This document shows, one piece after another, positions 10,708-23,991 of a DNA stretch of 64,000 bases (positions within the stretch are counted from its first letter, which is position 1; each line of letters opens with the position of its first letter). The translations under genes were made by a program, and so were the position numbers. The notes under the pieces are model-generated. The model did no database searches. It was not told where the DNA came from and saw nothing but the letters and a program-made list of their open reading frames with translations. The DNA is from Balanoglossus misakiensis (lineage: Eukaryota > Animalia > Hemichordata). The stretch spans positions 9,904,844 through 9,968,843 of the forward strand of contig CM082588.2 in NCBI GenBank assembly GCA_040954595.2, in the 5' to 3' direction.

Positions 10708-10896
10708 CAGTCAAACATGTGTGAGTGGCCACCTCTATTAGGCAGCCACCTCTATATAGTGGTCACTTTATTCTAGTCCCTGTGCAATTTACATCTACAT
10801 TAATTGACTTTTCTACAAGGTATAATGGCCACTTATCTATAAAGGCCAGTTTAGAAAAGTCCCTTCACTAGCCATAATGGGCAGGTTTGACAGCTG
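10708..10896. mobile_element. Tc1/mariner/pogo-type MITE, degenerate
   Basis: TA-CAGTCAAACATGT left end, GGCAGGTTTGACAGCTG right end, internal GGCCACCT subrepeats. Confidence 0.65.
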
Positions 10897-11351
10897 TTGT
10901 GTTGATTTCTGTCTGTTTTACGTGTAACACAATCATGACATTTTTCATAAAGAGGGCAGCCTTCCAAAATAAAGTGTCATCTCCATGCAGACAATGTGAA
11001 AAAGGCGGTCAGTAGAGTACTGCTCGAGCTCATCTAGTTTGTTGTATACATGATACAAGTTGCGTGTAAAACTGACCTTACAATAAAATGTGGCTGTCGA
11101 ACATAAGTCCCAACTGTAGTGTTGATACACAAGACAATCAAGTTTTTACTTTGTGACCAACTGGCCTCATGTTTGCGTCTTGGAAGGGTAACATGACTGC
11201 ATAGCAATGTTTTATTAAAATTTGGTACATAGAGAAATGGACTATTGTGACAGTATTGACTCTGGGAACTATGTAGATGATGCCCAGCCTAAAATACTGA
11301 CTCTCTGCAAATATATTTTTTAGCATTTTCGTTCAATTGTACTTTCAAGTA

Positions 11352-11521
11352 CAGTCAAACCCGTCTAACACCAAAGGGACTGAAGAAATTGTTCAGATTG
11401 CAGGTGTCCAATTTAAAGAGGTTCTTTCAACATGTGGTTCCATGTCAAAAGGTTTGAACAATGTCTTTGAAATAGACAGGTTTCCAGATTAGACAGGGTT
11501 CGGTTGAGACAGGTTTTACTG
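11352..11521. mobile_element. 170-bp Tc1/mariner/pogo-type MITE with TA target duplication
   Basis: TA-CAGTCAAACCCGTCT ... AGACAGGTTTTACTG-TA. Confidence 0.8.
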
Positions 11522-11542
11522 TATTTTGATACATGCTCTGGC

Positions 11543-11620
11543 TTAACCCTTTCACCACCATGGTTCAGTCTAAACCCTTTATTTTCTATGGTAAGGTTGG
11601 ATCTTTAAAGAGGAAACTGT
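11543..11620 (+). mobile_element. Short piggyBac-like MITE remnant; related inverted remnant at ~16618-16690
   Basis: TTAA-CCCTTTCACCACCATGGTTC start. The 16.6-kb sequence (CCTTTCACCCC..ATGGATTTGGACCGAACCAT) resembles its reverse complement. Confidence 0.45.
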
Positions 11621-12472
11621 TTTTTTTCTGGGAATCTCTTTATTTCTTCTGTCACAAAAATTGCATGGGAATTCTAATTCTAAAAGGAGAAATGATTTGA
11701 TAAAAGATCTCAAAGTCAAGTTTTGGATGTGGCTCCATTTCAAGTATTGTAGGTGACTAGTTTTTTGGAGTTCAAGTCTGTATACTTGCTATAGAGTTGG
11801 TCACACGTACTTGGGTAATCTGAGTGTGGTCAGAAATTGAACTTACACACATTGAGTTGAGTTACGAACATGTCTGGTGTATTACTGTAATATGACTAGA
11901 TACTGCAAATGCATTAACTATAAGCGTATGTTAAAATACACAGTTTTCATCGATATATCTGATTCACGAAATTAAATACACTTGTTCGTTAAAACACACT
12001 ATGATATAGTGCCCTCACTGTTCAGGATGTCCATTTTGAAGTCCTACATCTATGACGTCATGCCTAGCTGTCAATGTTAACTGATGTGTACTTGTACTAC
12101 TAGTAAATGGAAGTATTTTAAAGTAAAGCTCAGATGCAAGGTTTTTGTAAAATAAATATAATATTAAAATGTTGCAATCATTTTAGTCCTTTGGAACAGC
12201 GGTCCAATTGATTAATGTGATCAATCTGTGTGCGACATAGGGCATATTAAGCATTTAGTATTTTTCAATCAGAAACCGTTAATCCTGTGACTCTAGACGT
12301 ATTCTGCTTCTTGCAACATTGACTTTAAATCACCACACATGAATATATTTATCCAAAGGACTGCGGTGCCCAAGTTTTAATGATAAGAGAAACAAACAGT
12401 GTAATTCACTGAAGAAGTGAGCGAGCACTTGCCCATTCATTGCTCAATGAAAGGTGACCACCAAAACAAAAG

Positions 12473-13266
12473 TATTGAAAAAATAACCTGAAGTTGGAGT
12501 TATTGAGTTTTAAATTGATTTCAATCATCTCCCAGGTGAAAAGCTTGGATTGGCTGAAGCTCCTGTAGTCAGTTACCTGTAGGTAGATTGACACACATGA
12601 CAATGTTTGACTGTTTACACATTTCTTTGTTTGATCTTTTAGAGGAATATTCAAGCACTGCAGAAGAATCTAGAGATGGCACAGAAAAAAAAAACTTGAA
12701 TTGAAACAACAGCAAGATCAACATGCAAGACAAAGTCAACTCATAGCACTAAGACAACAACATCAACAACAACATCAATTACAAAGGTTACAACAACAGA
12801 GAGCCCAACAACAACAACAACAACAACAACAAGCAGTGCAAGCACAGCCATCCAATATACAATCAACAAATCATTTATTGAAAAAATAACCTGAAGTTGG
12901 AGTTATTGAGTTTTAAATTGATTTCAATCATCTCCCAGGTGAAAAGCTTGGATTGGCTGAAGCTCCTGTAGTCAGTTACCTGTAGGTAGATTGACACACA
13001 TGACAATGTTTGACTGTTTACACATTTCTTTGTTTGATCTTTTAGAGGAATATTCAAGCACTGCAGAAGAATCTAGAGATGGCACAGAAAAAAAAACTTG
13101 AATTGAAACAACAGCAAGATCAACATGCAAGACAAAGTCAACTCATAGCACTAAGACAACAACATCAACAACAACATCAATTACAAAGGTTACAACAACA
13201 GAGAGCCCAACAACAACAACAACAAGCAGTGCAAGCACAGCCATCCAATATACAATCAACAAATCA
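12473..13266 (+). repeat. Near-identical tandem duplication, period 403 bp
   Basis: TATTGAAAAAATAACCTGAAG at 12473 and 12876. The copies differ by A10 vs A9 and (CAA)9 vs (CAA)6; copy 1 stops before the splice donor. Confidence 0.95.
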
Positions 13267-13288
13267 ACAACTAAGTCACCTCTTACAA
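13046..13288 (+). pseudogene. 243-bp Gln-rich exon of an unidentified gene
   Basis: ttctttgtttgatcttttag acceptor and GTAAGT donor. Phase-0 frame is open: RNIQALQKNLEMAQKKKLELKQQQ..QQLSHLLQ. Confidence 0.6.
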
Positions 13289-14862
13289 GTAAGTTGTCAT
13301 AATAATGTGTACAGTGAATATTTTGAAAACCAAGACTGGTACCTGTGGCACTTCTGGGAATTGTTATGTGGGGAAAAATAAAATCAGTTTTCTCAAAAAG
13401 GAGCTTTCTTGATGGTACAAATAACATTGGTCTGTGCCATTCCCAAAATTATTTTAATGTATTGAAGACCTGAAAGTCACGCAGAATAAATTCAATGCAC
13501 TATTTGCCCAACATGACAACTTTTCCCCACACAGAGTTTGATGTGGTGGGTATGGCCGCTTTGCCTCAAATCGGCCATACACACCACATCTATTAATATT
13601 CATGAGTTTACTTTTCTTGTTTACGTACACTACTATAACAATTGGAAATCTAGAGAATGTCTATTTCATCAAGTTGACAACCCCCGCATGTGTAAGTCAT
13701 GTACATAAACAAAAATAGTCTGGTGTGTGGAGCCTTCTCCCTTTTTACAGGAAGTACTTTCGAAAATGTTTTATGCAATCAGTCCACACTCATGATCAGT
13801 TTTGTGTCAGAATTATAGTCCAAGTCACCTACCTAAGCATGCCATAGATATATTGACGATACAAACATTGGGAACAAAAGGATTAAGGGAGGTGTGACTG
13901 GTCCAACTTGTTTAGTTTTAGTGTGGGGGAAAAGCTGGAATGAAAGCAGACCTAAATTACAGACAAAGAAATACAACAAATCTTGTCTCATTCTTATTTT
14001 CAATTCCTCTAGTTTTTCCATGGTACCAGTGTGGAAGCACTGATGATAACCTCTGGCAGACAGTTTTAAATGACGACAATCATCTTACTCTTATGCACAT
14101 GTGCGTTAATTTTATGTGTACAAAATAACTTCCAATCCAAATATTCTGCACAATTTTATGTGCGTGCATTCATATAGTGGACTGCCTTCGCTTCCTTCTA
14201 TATTTCTTGCACGCCATATAAGAAGAATTTAGTTTTGTCTCTTCTTTTCACTCAATTTGCTGTCTTTTCCTAATCTATGACACAGACTATGGTTGCCGCC
14301 ACCTTGTCTGTTGTTAAGACAGCACTTGTGGCATAGATAACAATTTTGTAACTAGAGTCTCTGCTTTGGCAAATGTGCGTTAGACGAACAATACCCTTTA
14401 ACAAAAGTCTGCTTAGAATTCAAATCATATTCTTTTCAAAATTTCTGCATGTGATTACATAGTGAATTAAAGCTGCAAGCAGTGTTCACTGGGCCCAAGC
14501 AATTCCCAGGATTCCTACTAAATACCAAGGATTATCTGCTGTGGATACCCAAAATTTTGTCAAAAAGTTTGGTCCTAAACTGATCTATGTCCTACAAAAT
14601 CTAAACTTCTAGATCTATTGGTCAGCCTAGAATTAGGAGTGTACATAATTCATTAGGTCAACGGGGGTCCTGAAACTAACCATCAAATTTTAGACACAGC
14701 CTAAATCAATGTCCCATTGTACAGTAACTAACTATATGCTGCCGTAAATGTCAGTCTGATTGACAAATGTGAACAATGTTAAAGAGAGCAGTCTCATGAT
14801 ACATTGCCACCTTCTGTGAAGTGACTTTTAAAGAAAACCGTTTTGTTTGCATTCAACTGCAG

Positions 14863-15140
14863 CAGCAACAACAACCAGAACACAATCAACCATTCCACCA
14901 CCAAAACAACAACCAGCAGCAACAAAACAAACATGGCAACAACAACAACAACAGCAGTTATCACAACAACAACAACAACAGCTGTAACTAGGACAACAGC
15001 CAAGGCCGCAACCAAAGGTACCTCAGATGGACTTGGCACCCAGCTTGCAACAAACACAGCAACAATCAAGTAGTAGTCTGCTGGCTGATGACATGAGTCT
15101 TTTTGATATTCTGAATCAATATACTCATACAGGAAACTGA
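14863..15140 (+). pseudogene. Disrupted Gln-rich terminal exon
   Basis: Acceptor ..ttttgtttgcattcaactgcag. The frame from 14865 reads ..IPPPKQQPAATKQTWQQQQQQQLSQQQQQQL*LGQQPRPQPKVPQMDLAPSLQQTQQQSSSSLLADDMSLFDILNQYTHTGN*. Confidence 0.55.
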
Positions 15141-15268
15141 CTATAATGAACAGGAGACTGTTCATGCCTTCATTACCATTTTAACTTCTATATACTAAAT
15201 GAAACCCAGATGCCCAAAGAAATGTCAGAAATTTCTCAAGGTATGCGGGAATTTTCAAATATTCCAGA

Positions 15269-15638
15269 CAGTATATGGCCATTTCTTTCTGCTTCCAAAA
15301 CGAGCATCTAGAGTCATGCATGCCACTGGCCCAATAAAGCCTGATAGCCCTTGCTGAGAATTGTAATGTTACTAGCATCTCCCTTTAAGTCACTCACATA
15401 AACTGATCAGTGGTGATTGCTTATAGTGAAGGCAAGGCTAATTTAAATTCAAAATGGTAACCATCCTTAATCACACATATGTATCATTTGACCAATCATT
15501 GGAAAAACAGAGTCTGTGATTGACTTCAAAGGGATGCTAATTACATCACAATTCCCAGCAAGGGGTTTCAGGCTTTATTGGGCCAGTGGCATGCATAGTT
15601 TCTGGAAGCAAAGCAGAAAAAATACAGCTTTATACTAG
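15269..15638. mobile_element. MITE-like element with long inverted repeats
   Basis: Perfect 29-bp IR at 15316-15344 / 15568-15596 (ATGCATGCCACTGGCCCAATAAAGCCTGA), with degenerate outward extension. Confidence 0.65.
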
Positions 15639-16729
15639 ACTAATATTTCATTAACGTCTGATCATTAAATTGGAGAACGTATCTCTAAAGTTGGTCTCTA
15701 TCGCTCCCTCAGGGAAGAGAGCAATAGACAGAACTTTGAGTGACAGAACTTCCAGTTGTGTACTTATCATTTGTATTGCCCAATCACAGACATTGTATTA
15801 TTGGTCATTTATCTGTCCAATTCTTGTGTTCAGTTGAGCATTACATCAACAAAGTTTCGCTTTAACAGTGACAATACAACACTTGCAAAAACATGGATTG
15901 CTCAGGTCAGCCTATATGGTTACAGATTACCTGTGAACCAACTAATCCAGTTATAATGAATGTGTTTCGTTATATACAGAGAATTGTAGATTGTATGAGA
16001 CGTGTTAATATTACACTCTAGCATGGGGCAATGTTCACACGTATATATTTATCATGTGAAAGCCACAAAGTCACCAGCTCTTCATGTTCATTTTCAGTTT
16101 TTTTGTTTTGTTTCATGGAATCATTTTATAGTAAAGGTCTGCTTGCTGATAATTGAATTGAACTGAACTCACAAGATATGTGTGGACATAACATGTTAAT
16201 ACTTCCATGTCATTATTTCTGTTACTGCCAAACAATTAAATAACACCATAATGTCAAAAATAGCAACTTTGTCATTACTTTGAAGGGATACAGATCCAGG
16301 GTTAATGTTTCATTGGGGAGTCTAACAGTGTTTGAAAATGTCACATTGTCATTTGAAATGTTGAGATTGGGCAGTGACAATGACATTGTTTGTGTACAGA
16401 CTTTGCATGGAAATCTTTGAAAAATGAAAAGTGGTGCGTGGAAAAGAATGAAGTCTTTTGGGCTTATATCAGGTGCCTTCATTTGACTCTCAAGGAGAGT
16501 TTTGTAAAACAATTAACTTGTTGTGTGTCAGCATTATTGGGAAAGATTAAGCACACACATGTGTATACAGGTTAGATTATAATGGAAAATCACCATCAGC
16601 CTTTTTCTTAGCACTCTCACCTTTCACCCCAAGTTCCCTGTGTAGACACCCAACTTTTCCAACAGAAACAATGGATTTGGACCGAACCATTAGTTCATTT
16701 GAATACCGGTATGTATGTAATATCTGTAT

Positions 16730-16855
16730 TTATAACATACCTCATGCTAACACTGTGTTGTGATTCGCCAGAATCCGTCACATTATAAGAAAATAGAATC
16801 GACTATGAATTCCTCTGGGAACTAGCAGAAAATCTATAAACTGATCACGTGACCA
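16730..16855 (+). mobile_element. Partial copy of the 334-690 hairpin element
   Basis: TACCTCATGCTAACACTGTG..GATTCGCCAGAATCCGTCAC..AAAATAGAATCGACTATGAA..TCACGTGACC aligns to 341-457. Confidence 0.85.
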
Positions 16856-17779
16856 AAGGGATATAAAAGAATCCCATACATATACTTTGTCAGTTCACCT
16901 CTGTAGCCAGACTGGCCATACGTATGAACTGATGATGTCCCTGTTATAGGCATATGTCTTGTGAAACTGTTAAACCATTTTGTTGTGTTTTGTGTTTGGT
17001 GAACGGCAACATCCGTGACAAGCATGGTAGAATCAAACTATTACATACACGTTAAGAAATATAGTCAATTATTAGGAAGTGACCATAGTTGCCAAACGAT
17101 TAAAATCACATTTTTAATATCAATATTCACATGTCATTGCTTTCTACATTTCTAGAATTTCCTAACATTTTTATGTTAACAAAAACAAGAGCCTTCCGTG
17201 ACCACTTATTGACTTTTGAAAATATTTCATGTAATCAGCCATTCATTTTATGTTTGTGTAAAGAATGACACCCTGAGGCTGTTGAATCATGTATAGTGCT
17301 GAAGGGAAGGGGGGACACCACTCCTCAATTTCTTTCATTTTGCAAAAGATGCTAAGTTGGTTTATTTTTTTCCGGATATTGCTTATATTGTAATGAAAGT
17401 TTGGTATGTTATGCAGTTCTTAAGAAGAGCTTTTGACAAACATTTCAGTGTACTTTTAAGACTGCTAGAGTATGTAGATAGTGTATGCAGCGTTAGGAAG
17501 AAATATCTTTGATATTTTTATTCTAACAATTTTCCTATCATGATAAACAAGTAGACAGAGATATCATGTTAGGATTTTTGCATACATAAAATAAATATTC
17601 TGATAAAATGAGTGCTTTTGTCTGTCTCTTTGATTTCAGGTGAGGATCAGCCGCTCCAACAAATGGTCTGCTTACTTCCCTTTTTCATCTGATTAAAATC
17701 AAATGTAGTGTTAGGCGCTGGTGATGATTTTGGCTATTCTGTTCTCAGTTTTGGCTGTTCTCGGGTACATTAGCTGGGA

Positions 17780-19320
17780 ACTACTGGTCAGATTGCTTTG
17801 AAAAGTGGTATGCACGTTTCTTATGCCAACATCATAGAGCTATATAAGTTCTAAGCTAATATCGTGAATTATCTACTTTTTATGAACGTTTTGTCGTTTA
17901 ACACAATGGTAAAATATTTTCTATGAAAGTAATTGGCTGATTTCTTTAACATTTAGTATAAAGCTTCCTATAGGTGTAATTGTTGCAAAGTTTGCACATT
18001 TGTAATTATGAGCCAAATTTTGCAATTTTGGGTCAAAAATCGTTTTCTCTGAAACCTCGCGCTTGTCAGATTGCTTTGGAAATTGGTAGGCATGTTCTCA
18101 GGGTTAAGCAATTGTAAGTTGTTTAAACATTTTGCTGAAATTTGCTTATTTGTGTTCTTGAGGTAACTGTTGTGATTTTCTCGTTGAAACCACTTGTCAG
18201 ATTGCTTTGAACTTTGGTAAGCATGTTCCCATCGAAGTAAGATATTGTAAAATTTTGGTGATGTTTGCTTTTTTGTGTTTGGCAGTTTTGGGACAGTTTT
18301 TTAAAATTAGATCATATCTACTTTTTTGGTATTAGGTCATTAACAAAAAATTAAGTCATAGAGTTGGTCACACATCCTACTTATAGCACAAGTGTGAGAA
18401 TACGACCAGTTTGTGTCGCGTTATCTGCTTTCATTGAGGAATTACAGCGCCCGCAAGTAAGGTGTTAATGTCACATTTGTATTAGTATATTCCAGTGGGA
18501 CCTTATGAGATTGGTTGCATCTGTATGGATGTATGGGAGTATGTCCATCCACATCAAAAACTTGAAGACCGCTACGCGTACAACCTCGATATTTGGTGTG
18601 TAGATGCATACCGGTTTGTAGATGGGAGTTTGTTCAAACGAAGTTGTCATAGCCAAAAATATGCAAATTTTCTGGGAAAACCTAAATTTGGTAAAAATTC
18701 AGAAAACTAACAACCCCTGGTCGTAATGATTCTGTATGTTTTGAGGTAATAGTGTGAATTTTCTATTTTTTTGTGCAATTTTTGCCCTTTTCTACATTTT
18801 TGTTAACAAACTACCTTTCTGGAACTAATCAGCCCACCTCTTTGAAATTTAGTATGGAGCTTCATATATGATCTGACTTATCAAAGTTTTGTTTAAATTG
18901 CTGCCAAATTTTTACATTTTTGATCATTTTTTAAATGTAAAATCGCTCATAAATTGCTTTGGAAATTTGCATGTATGTTTGTCAAATCAACTAGGAGAAT
19001 TTAATATTATATTTTTGGGGTGATTTTTGCCATTTTTGGTCAAAACTCTTTCTCAGAACCCTCTACCCTATTGCTTTGACATTTGATTTAAAGGATCCTG
19101 GGTGAGTTGTCATGATAATTTACAAAACCTATGATGAAAGTGTCAATGCTTTTTGTGGGCAATATCTTGTATTTTGTGGGGCATATTTTCCAATTTTGAA
19201 AAATAATATTTCCCAGTGTATTACTCTAAAATTTGAGTTAATAGTATTGGCTTCTTTAGAATTATAATGGAATTAAATTATAGGTAATTCGGAACTTTTA
19301 TATTTTGTAGGATATTTTGC
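17780..19320 (+). repeat. Highly diverged tandem repeats, probably from Helentron-associated elements; a second patch at ~21680-22150
   Basis: Recurring CTTGTCAGATTGCTTTGAAATTTGGTA-like motif (17788, 18062, 18194, 21822, 21972, 22077) in T-rich context. Confidence 0.55.
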
Positions 19321-19479
19321 TGTTCATTTTGGTGCATGGACAGTGTTGGCCTGTCGATTTATCTATGTTTAGGAAATTTGATCAAATTCAAACTTGAATT
19401 GCATTGAATCAATTTTAATTCCCGCCAAAAACACTTTATTGACTACAAACGTTTGTTTTGTTGGATGGGTAAAATTTAA

Positions 19480-21480
19480 GACCTCTCGACCAACGCAGAG
19501 TGAAGTTTAATACTTTTGAAGTTGTCAAAATCGACTAAACAGAGCGAGAAAAACGGCAATTTGCGCTGTCGGCACATTTCGTCTCCTGCCTCGAATTATC
19601 GACACCAGGACCCCCCTCCCCCCCCCCAAAAAAAAAAATATATCAATTATGGTTCATCACATAACTAGACTGTGCATCGTTCATGAAATCAAACTAGACG
19701 ATGGACAAAACAGCAGAAAAACTTCGCCGATTCCGAGGTAAACCTATCCCGACAGGATAAGAATTCCGCTATGTGACGTCATCTAATTTCCTTGCAATCA
19801 TGGCTTGGTCGTTACTTCGGGAATGGCACATAATCTTCTCGCTTCGGCCTTTAATTTCCATGACCCCGGTTGTTTCGGCCAAGACGCAAACTGATTCTTC
19901 ACTTTGTAGTTCAGTAAAGTTGGCGAATGGGATAGTCTGTTAATGGTGAATGCAGGCCTGTACGCAGTGCTAGCGAACGGGACTATTGACATAAAAAGCG
20001 AGCCTGGTGTCAGATTAGTGGGACTGTCATATCATGAACACAATACGGGAGGCGTGATAAAGGCATTATAAAGACCGAGCGTGAAACAGACATGGAAACG
20101 ATCGACAGTACGGTACAGTGGCTGTGGGTAGAGCGAGCGTGTTGCTGTGCCGAACACATTTACCATGTTTGTTAAATACAACCATGGACGTAAAAAGAGA
20201 AGGACTTCAGACTGCCTCTTAAGCCCATTCACACCTATTGTGTTCTCTTTGTCTATGCTGTCCTTTGATGTCTTTGGTGACTGTTGCTGCTGTATATGTA
20301 CACAGTGACACACCCCCTCGGGTACTCTCAGCAGTACTCACGACAACTTGCTGTTTAAGTCACAAAGAAGTGGTAAATTACTGTAAAATTATCACCATTT
20401 GTGTGTCTCGATGTAACGGAAATAAAGAAGTGAAAACAGAAAAAATCGACGCATATTTGACCAAATGGCGAACCGATCTTTATAAGCATGCTAAAAAACA
20501 AGACATTTTAAAATCACTCTCACTTTAAAAAGTTCAAGGGTCCTACGTCTAATTTTTGCATTTAGGAGGAGACGAAGCAATAAACTTTCAGAAAATGTGC
20601 GTCTTATATGCAGGAGCACATGGCCATTTTCGCTATCCACGTTCGGATTTTGCCAAATTTCGCGAAGTGCGGTTACTCTGTCGCCATAGGATTACACGTC
20701 CATGGTTTGAAATGCGCGGCTGTGGTAGAAAATTACCCACTGTTCTTTGGGGCGTGAGCCACCCCCCTGAGACAATGGTGCACTCACACTCGAGAACATA
20801 GGTGCGCTATTTGCATATACAAATGGAATATTCCTTCGAATGCGAGCATGTTCCAGTGCGTTCTAAAGAAATAAAATATGCAGCTATAGCATGTATGCAT
20901 ATTCATTAGTGTGTCGTAATGCTAACTTTGGTCTGTGATTGGGTAACAAGTCCCACTCTCCATAACAACAGGTGATCATTGACCCGTTTCCGGTGTGCGA
21001 CGTCGGGTTTCAATCACTTTCCTTCTTACTGCCGCGGGATCAAGACGTCTTTTCGGTAGGCTCATAATCCAGTCGTTGCTTTTAGTACCATAGCCTATAT
21101 AGCTACGTTACCGTCGCTCGATTGTTTTGTCTGGTATTAGGTGATTTGCAGCTATCCGTTCAACACCTTGTAGTTGAACAGAAGTAGGTCTTATTCCAGA
21201 AAAAAAATCCGAGCTACGGGCGTGCAGCTAGCCATGCCTCTCGGCCATTCTGTGTATGGCTTCGCTGCTGACCAGGAGGTCATAATCGAGAAAGTCTAGT
21301 CATATTTATAGGGTTATACTCTGTGAGAATTTTATAGCTAGGCCTCTTGCCTAAGCGCGCGTAGGGCCATTGTTTGCATTTTTTTACGGTTTAAACTTGG
21401 TTGGTGTATTTTCGCGTTTCTGTTTGTTTTGTTTTTTGTAACATTTTACTGTTTACATGTTGTTGGCGTATTTTCGCTTT
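19480..21480. promoter_or_regulatory. CpG-rich, island-like segment (possible promoter, or young TE interiors)
   Basis: Visibly higher CpG density than the flanks. CRE palindrome TGACGTCA at ~19774 and ETS-like TTCCGG at ~20988. No ORF of recognisable family. Confidence 0.3.
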
Positions 21481-23991
21481 TCTGGTGAGATTTCCACCTC
21501 ACCGTTGGTATACTTAAACAATTATCCTAATTTTTATTGGGCAAACCGAGAAAACCAAAACCACCACAAGTAAAGAAAATTGTAATCTGTTTGGTGATAA
21601 CCCTTTTAGCTTTGAGAGATAACCGATTTAATGTTTTAGTAAAACCAAATTTTTGACCAGGGTGACAAGCATTTTTTTCTCCAAGAGTCGTGTTGCTTTG
21701 AAGCATACATCTGGATATATGGTCCCAGTTTATGAAAACCTGGTTGATGAAAAATGTGCATATTTATAATTTTGTACTATTTTTTGTCTTTTGTGGTCAA
21801 AAATTGTTTTATCTAAAACTGCTTGTCAGATTGCTTTCAAATTTGGCAGGGTTTTTCCTTGGGAATAATTAAGTGAGATGTTTTAGAAAAATACTTGAAA
21901 TTTGCATATTTGCGTTTTGTGTGTGATAGTTGTGGAATTTTTCATCAAAAATTATTTTCTTTCAAACTGCATGTCAGATTGCCTTGAGCTTTGGTAGGCA
22001 TCTTCCCTGAAGCGGTTGACGTAATATATTGTACAATTTTGGTGAAAATACTGATTTTTCTGAAACTGCATGTGGGATTGCTTTGAAATTTGATAGGAAT
22101 ATTGCAATGGGTAACCCAAGTTTTGTCTGATTGTGTTGATTTCCCTATACTGAGACTCGCCAAGTACACTATATGTTTTTATTACTAGGGAGTTCAGAAT
22201 CCAATATGGCCGCCATACGAACTGGGACATACTGTGTAATCTGATTATTTTCTAAACTTGACATATTTTAATTTCTCGATCTCACAAATAAAAATGAAAT
22301 GCCAAAAATTGAGTAACTTTCGTTTCTTCCTGCTTGTTGTCCGTTAAAGTCTTTTTCCTCCCACTGGGAAAGTGGCTAGAGTCAATATGTGCATAATGGC
22401 AGCATTATATGGCACTGAATAAATGGCAGGGGTGTTTACATCTCCTAATTTGTTTTCACTTAAACCATTATAAATATCTAACAGTATATGATCATATTGT
22501 GTATGCAACTCGGAGATGCGTTTCACTTCAGGGTTGGAAGTTTGTTTAGTCAAGTCTGGGAAGTGACATGTCTTCAAAGTGACTGATGTTATCTGCTTAG
22601 AGCTGAATGCCCATGGGTGTTCTTTCCTAGAATACATTTTCTTTGCATTTCATAGACCTGTGTATAATTATAATTTCAGTTATATATTCTAATTTGCGTT
22701 TAGGTAGAGTATGCATGGAATTAAAATAATTATTCTGTAATTACCCAACAAAAATGTTTCTCTTACAATTGTCTAGCAAGTGGATATTTTGATTGTTAAT
22801 TTGCACAGGCAACATTATGGAAGTAGCATTAAGAGTATTCGATAATATAGCAGACCTTCTAGCCAGAAAGAAGAGCTTAGAAGATTTATCAGCTCATAAT
22901 ATTCATTTAACCAATGAACTTTATATGAACTTGCACACCTGCCTTCAAGATACAGGAATTAATGTTCAGGAAACCTTACCAGCTCTAGTACATTTATTTC
23001 AGCCAGAAATTGAATTACCAGAAAAAAAATCAGTAATGTTAGAAAGACACAGTCAGAAAATAAATGGAGAAAGCCAGCAAGGAAGGCAGAAAAGTGGAAT
23101 ACATGAAAGACACAGTTTGCTTAAACTACGTGTGTATGCAGTAAAAACTGTATGGTGCAAGGACGTTCATTTTTATGATTTATAGCCAGCCAGTCTTTCC
23201 ATGCATATCATACCAAAATTAATATGAAAATCGTGTTAATGTTAATAGACTACAAGGATAGTACAGATACATGTAGAACGTACACTATCCAACTTTCTCC
23301 ACTTTTGATATCTGCTCAACACAGGCAAGCAAAAGGGCCGATCTGAGAGTTTGACTTGAATGATGGCAATTTTTGCTGTCCAGAAGTAACTGTATAAAAT
23401 AATATTTGGTAGTAGTATAATTGCTCAAAATACACAAGAATTTAAATATTTCCACTCACTACAGTGATTGAACTGATTTTCAGCAAATTGCAGTGTATAA
23501 ACAAATATTGCCATCTAATGAAATATCAATCCAATATGGCCGCCCATTTGCAATGGTAAAATGCTAGGTTTTTCCTTTTTTGAGCGCCTGGGAATTTAAA
23601 TTATAATCCAGATATCAAAAACTTAAGTCACTATCTGTATCTGCACATATATTGTAATATATTCTGAAAATTTCGTTACAATTAGATCAACTATGATTGA
23701 GACACGGAACATCAAACATTGCAAAATTTCATATTTCCCATGGTGCCATGCAAAAAATAGAGATTTTCTTTACAAGTTTAGATGATCTCCTGTAAAACTG
23801 AAAGAAGTATTCTTCTGTGAATCGTGCATAATTTTTTGAAAAATGTTGAAGATACTTGAGAATATCAGTATTTTTTGATGCTTTTGTACCTTGAAAACCA
23901 GTGAACCGATTTTGATAATTGTCTTTATTATAACCTACAAAGACCTATAAACATTTTTATCAGTAAAATAAACGGCCTTATATAATTTTAC

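Noticed and set aside
14843-15073. Stand-alone Thr-rich mucin ORF
   Set aside because: It has a non-ATG start inside an acceptor tract, and the Gln frame looks more protein-like at its C-terminus.
17610-17700. Possible exon after tctctttgatttcag
   Set aside because: The acceptor is good, but there is no recognisable peptide or convincing donor.
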